Shown here: positions 61,067 through 64,000 of the stretch, piece by piece
How positions within the stretch are numbered: position 1 is the stretch's first letter
Layout: each line of letters opens with the position of its first letter
Source: Waterburya sp.
GTDB lineage: Bacteria > Cyanobacteriota > Cyanobacteriia > Cyanobacteriales > Xenococcaceae
Assembly: GCA_965217895.1 (NCBI GenBank)
Contig: CBDCJV010000002.1
Span: 640,001 to 704,000, forward strand
Length of the DNA: 64,000 nt
Reading direction: 5' to 3'
Notes under the pieces: model-generated
What the model saw: only the letters and a program-made list of their open reading frames with translations
Told to the model about the DNA's origin: nothing
Database searches by the model: none
Program-made: the position numbers and the translations under genes

Positions 61067-63127
61067 TTAAAAATTAGGCTTTAGCTTGACTCTGACTAAG
61101 ACCGCAGTAATATTATCGTGACCATTGTGTTCGTTAGCAAAATTTACCAGTTTAAATAGACCTCCTTGAAGATCGCTTTGGGAACTAAGCAAAGGTTTAA
61201 GATATTCTTGCCAGTTTTCCTCTAATAAGTCATTATCTGAAAGACCATCAGAACAAAGCAATAGTAAGCAATCTTCGGTAATTTCGATAAACTGAATATC
61301 AGGACGCACATAGTTGTTGTCTCTAGGTCCTAAGGCTTGAGTCAACTGATAGGCATCAGGTCTGCCATAGGCAATGTCGGGTTCGACCCCCCGATTAATT
61401 TCTCTTTGACCAACTTCATGATCCAAGGTTAAGCGTTCTAGTCCTTGCTTGCGAGTAAGGCGATAGATGCGACTGTCTCCGACGTGGGCGATCGCTAGCT
61501 GAGTATCCTGTAAAAAAGCCATCACTAAAGTAGTCCCCATTCTACCGCTACCAGAACGAGAATTATCTATATTTGTTTGATAGAGAGCTTGATTGGCTAA
61601 TAAAATCCCTTTTTCAATAGTTTTTTGCGCTGGTAATTCTTGCTGCCAGTGGCTTTGAAAATACTTTTGGAGATTTTCTACCGCCATAGCACTAGCAACT
61701 TCTCCAGCTGCATGACCTCCCATGCCATCACAGACTATATACAAACCACGCATTTTGAGGTTGGTTTCGGTAGTATTTTCTGCTTTCTCAATTGAGGTTT
61801 TGACCCCAAAAAAATCTTCATTATGGTCTCTTTGGGAGCCAATGTCGGTACAGCTAGCATCAGCAATACTTCTTAAATGCATAGGTATCATTGCCGTGGC
61901 TTGTTCTTCAAAATCGCTACTATACATCATATCTTCTTCCTGTTCCTGGAAAAAAACTGGTTGTTCAGCAGACTCTGAATCATTGTTGAATTGGATTTTG
62001 TCGGGTTCAGATTGGGGAATGTTCACGTCAGAATAATTAGTATGAATATCAAAGGACTCAATTTCGTCTTCACCAAGACCAATATTATGAAGCTCTAATC
62101 TTAACTGTTCTATTTCATCTATCTCTCCTGAAATAACTCTCTCTAATAATTTATTTAGTTCATCTAGACTATCTGAATTTGATTCGGCAAAGCAAGCTTG
62201 CCATACTTTAGCTAAATCTTTGAGAGTCGGGCAACTGTCAGACTCATCCATATACAATTGCTGTAAGCAAAAGGCTTGATCTTCATCTATGCGTAAATTT
62301 TTGTCTACTAGCAAACTTTGAGCGCAGCTAATCTGCTGCAAAGGTTGCCACATTTTTGCCATTTCATCTAAAAACCAAATTATCTGTAGCAGTGGCAGTT
62401 TTTGTTGAGACCATAAATCTTTAAGTAATTGCCACTCAGAACGATCTGGTAGTAACACGACTCCTCGATCTTCTTGCTGCCACGCATCATAGATTCTGGG
62501 AACTGTAGGCGTATATTTCTCTAGAATTAGATAGGGTAAAGCATGAGTTGGCAGTCCGACTAAATTCCAGTATTGAGCTACTTTTAAATAGGAATCATTT
62601 AGACTTTGGCTTAATTCTGCAAACAAATCCATTTGTTGTTTTTGCAGGGTTGCCAAGTGGGATTTTTGCAAAGGATATTTATCAATTACTTTTTTTTGTA
62701 GATATGTATGCTCAGAATTGTAGTCTTTAGTAAGCAAAAATGTTTCAGAATTATTATCCCCCTCAATTTCGTAGCGACTTAAGGTATGGTCTTCTTTATG
62801 AAGCTGTAATAGAGATTTGGCTTTGTCTCGACATTCAATAAATAGGTCAGATATACTTTCAATTTCTAATTGTTCGTGATTGTTGTTATAAATACCGATT
62901 GTCTTAGCTAATTCTGCTTGAGGTAAAGGTTCTGCTACTGGTTTTTGAGAAATTATTGCCCACAGCACAGTATGATTAGCAGCACCGCAAAAGCTACAGC
63001 TTTTTGCTTCGATAGGAATATTTGCTTGGCATTGACAGCACATTTTATCCGTCAGTGAAACACCGCAATTTTGGCAAAATTTATTAGCTTCAGGATTTTC
63101 AAATTCACACTGTGGACAAATAAGCAT
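61067..63127 (-). CDS. PP2C-family Ser/Thr phosphatase with double zinc ribbon
   Basis: CPQC..CQNC..CQC..CSFC; RDHNED, VCDGMGGH, HVGDSR, CSDGL, GHDNIT. Confidence 0.92.
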   Translation of the reverse strand: MLICPQCEFENPEANKFCQNCGVSLTDKMCCQCQANIPIEAKSCSFCGAANHTVLWAIISQKPVAEPLPQAELAKTIGIYNNNHEQLEIESISDLFIECRDKAKSLLQLHKEDHTLSRYEIEGDNNSETFLLTKDYNSEHTYLQKKVIDKYPLQKSHLATLQKQQMDLFAELSQSLNDSYLKVAQYWNLVGLPTHALPYLILEKYTPTVPRIYDAWQQEDRGVVLLPDRSEWQLLKDLWSQQKLPLLQIIWFLDEMAKMWQPLQQISCAQSLLVDKNLRIDEDQAFCLQQLYMDESDSCPTLKDLAKVWQACFAESNSDSLDELNKLLERVISGEIDEIEQLRLELHNIGLGEDEIESFDIHTNYSDVNIPQSEPDKIQFNNDSESAEQPVFFQEQEEDMMYSSDFEEQATAMIPMHLRSIADASCTDIGSQRDHNEDFFGVKTSIEKAENTTETNLKMRGLYIVCDGMGGHAAGEVASAMAVENLQKYFQSHWQQELPAQKTIEKGILLANQALYQTNIDNSRSGSGRMGTTLVMAFLQDTQLAIAHVGDSRIYRLTRKQGLERLTLDHEVGQREINRGVEPDIAYGRPDAYQLTQALGPRDNNYVRPDIQFIEITEDCLLLLCSDGLSDNDLLEENWQEYLKPLLSSQSDLQGGLFKLVNFANEHNGHDNITAVLVRVKLKPNF

Positions 63128-63534
63128 AATGTACTTTCCTAATAGATATAATTTTTGCCTACATTAATTTATTTTTTCTAATGGGTTAATTGGTAAAGGT
63201 ATTTCGCAGATAGATTTTTACTACGGAGAAAGGACAAGCCCTTTGGCAAAATGAGGAGCAGTTGGCAAATAAGCGAAATAGATTGCTGAAGGTAATAATT
63301 ATTGTTATTAGGGATGCAGTCAAAAATAAAGCTTAATTTAGTTGACACAATTAATCAAAATCTAAAAAATAAAGGTAATTATATCTGCAATCTTAGCTCA
63401 TCGTCTTTTTTTGGCAATCTCTTCTTAGTCGTTGTTGATTTAAAGGCTAGATTTTGATAATACTATCTGTGCTGAATCGCTTTTAGCTTTTAAACAATTG
63501 GAAATTGAGCATTTACTAAGCCTTACCTGGTAAT

Positions 63535-63777
63535 TTATTCAGAACCAAACCTGCTAGAGATTTTATTAATTAACCAAGTAGCGAATGCCCCTAAAAAGAG
63601 AATACCGATCGCTGGATTGAAAACTGGTATCCAAAGCCTATACCAAATATCAAAACCCAAAGGAATGTTTAGATAACGACCAATAACGGCGATCGCAAAC
63701 CAGATAAAGCCAAAGAAAACTAAAAATACATCAGCAACAAGAATACGGTTTAACCAAGTGACAATTTGTTCTTTCAT
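63535..63777 (-). CDS. Small two-TM conserved cyanobacterial hypothetical protein
   Basis: LVADVFLV...W.RLW.PVFNPAIGIL. Confidence 0.75.
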   Translation of the reverse strand: MKEQIVTWLNRILVADVFLVFFGFIWFAIAVIGRYLNIPLGFDIWYRLWIPVFNPAIGILFLGAFATWLINKISSRFGSE

Positions 63778-63789
63778 TTCTTGACTCGT

Positions 63790-64000
63790 TTAATTAATCG
63801 TGGCTAATTCTGGCTGTAGAGACTGTTTCCAGGTGGCTAAATCGGCAAAAGAGCGATCGCGATACTGACCATATCTTTCTCTTTTGTTTTTAACTTTAAT
63901 TGGCAATGGGGGAATAATACCAAAGTTAGGTGGCATGGGCTGAAAATGTTTGGCAGATGCCGAACTGATAAAATCAAAGAGCGCGCCCATCATTGTTGTC
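63790..64000 (-). CDS. trmFO: tRNA (uracil-5)-methyltransferase TrmFO (Gid), C-terminal part
   Basis: TTMMGAL...[11 protein letters not shown]...KRERY. Confidence 0.85.
   Translation of the reverse strand, partial: TTMMGALFDFISSASAKHFQPMPPNFGIIPPLPIKVKNKRERYGQYRDRSFADLATWKQSLQPELATIN

Overview
AT-rich cyanobacterial chromosomal window, with the HIP1 octamer GCGATCGC throughout; gene content and repeats suggest a Pleurocapsales-like organism (inference). It is mostly core genes: pcrA, glgP, eno, surE, plsC, hmpF plus pilHIJ-type chemosensory genes, rsmI, trpC, pdxH, tsaB, trmFO, and Ser/Thr kinase/phosphatases. Accessory items are an orphan AT-less PKS ketosynthase, an orphan dnd-associated SF2 helicase, an NgoFVII/CglI-type R-M pair, three pseudogenes, and many tiny mobile repeats (HIP1-inserted SDR-like elements, REP-like palindromes, heptamer-carrying MITEs). 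Two regulatory systems lie outside the ORF track. (1) A small-protein island at ~34.6-39.3 kb: four promoters share TCACAnnTTC(T/C)TCA exactly 11 nt upstream of a TAnnnT -10 box, a fifth has a CRP-type site at -41.5, and the island encodes an unannotated 44-aa AtpTheta-like ATP synthase inhibitor. (2) A c-di-AMP (ydaO/yuaA) riboswitch at ~47.5 kb precedes two paralogous uncharacterised microproteins, inside an ion-transporter cluster with RCK_C and USP domains. No CRISPR array, rRNA, tRNA or intact transposase was recognised.
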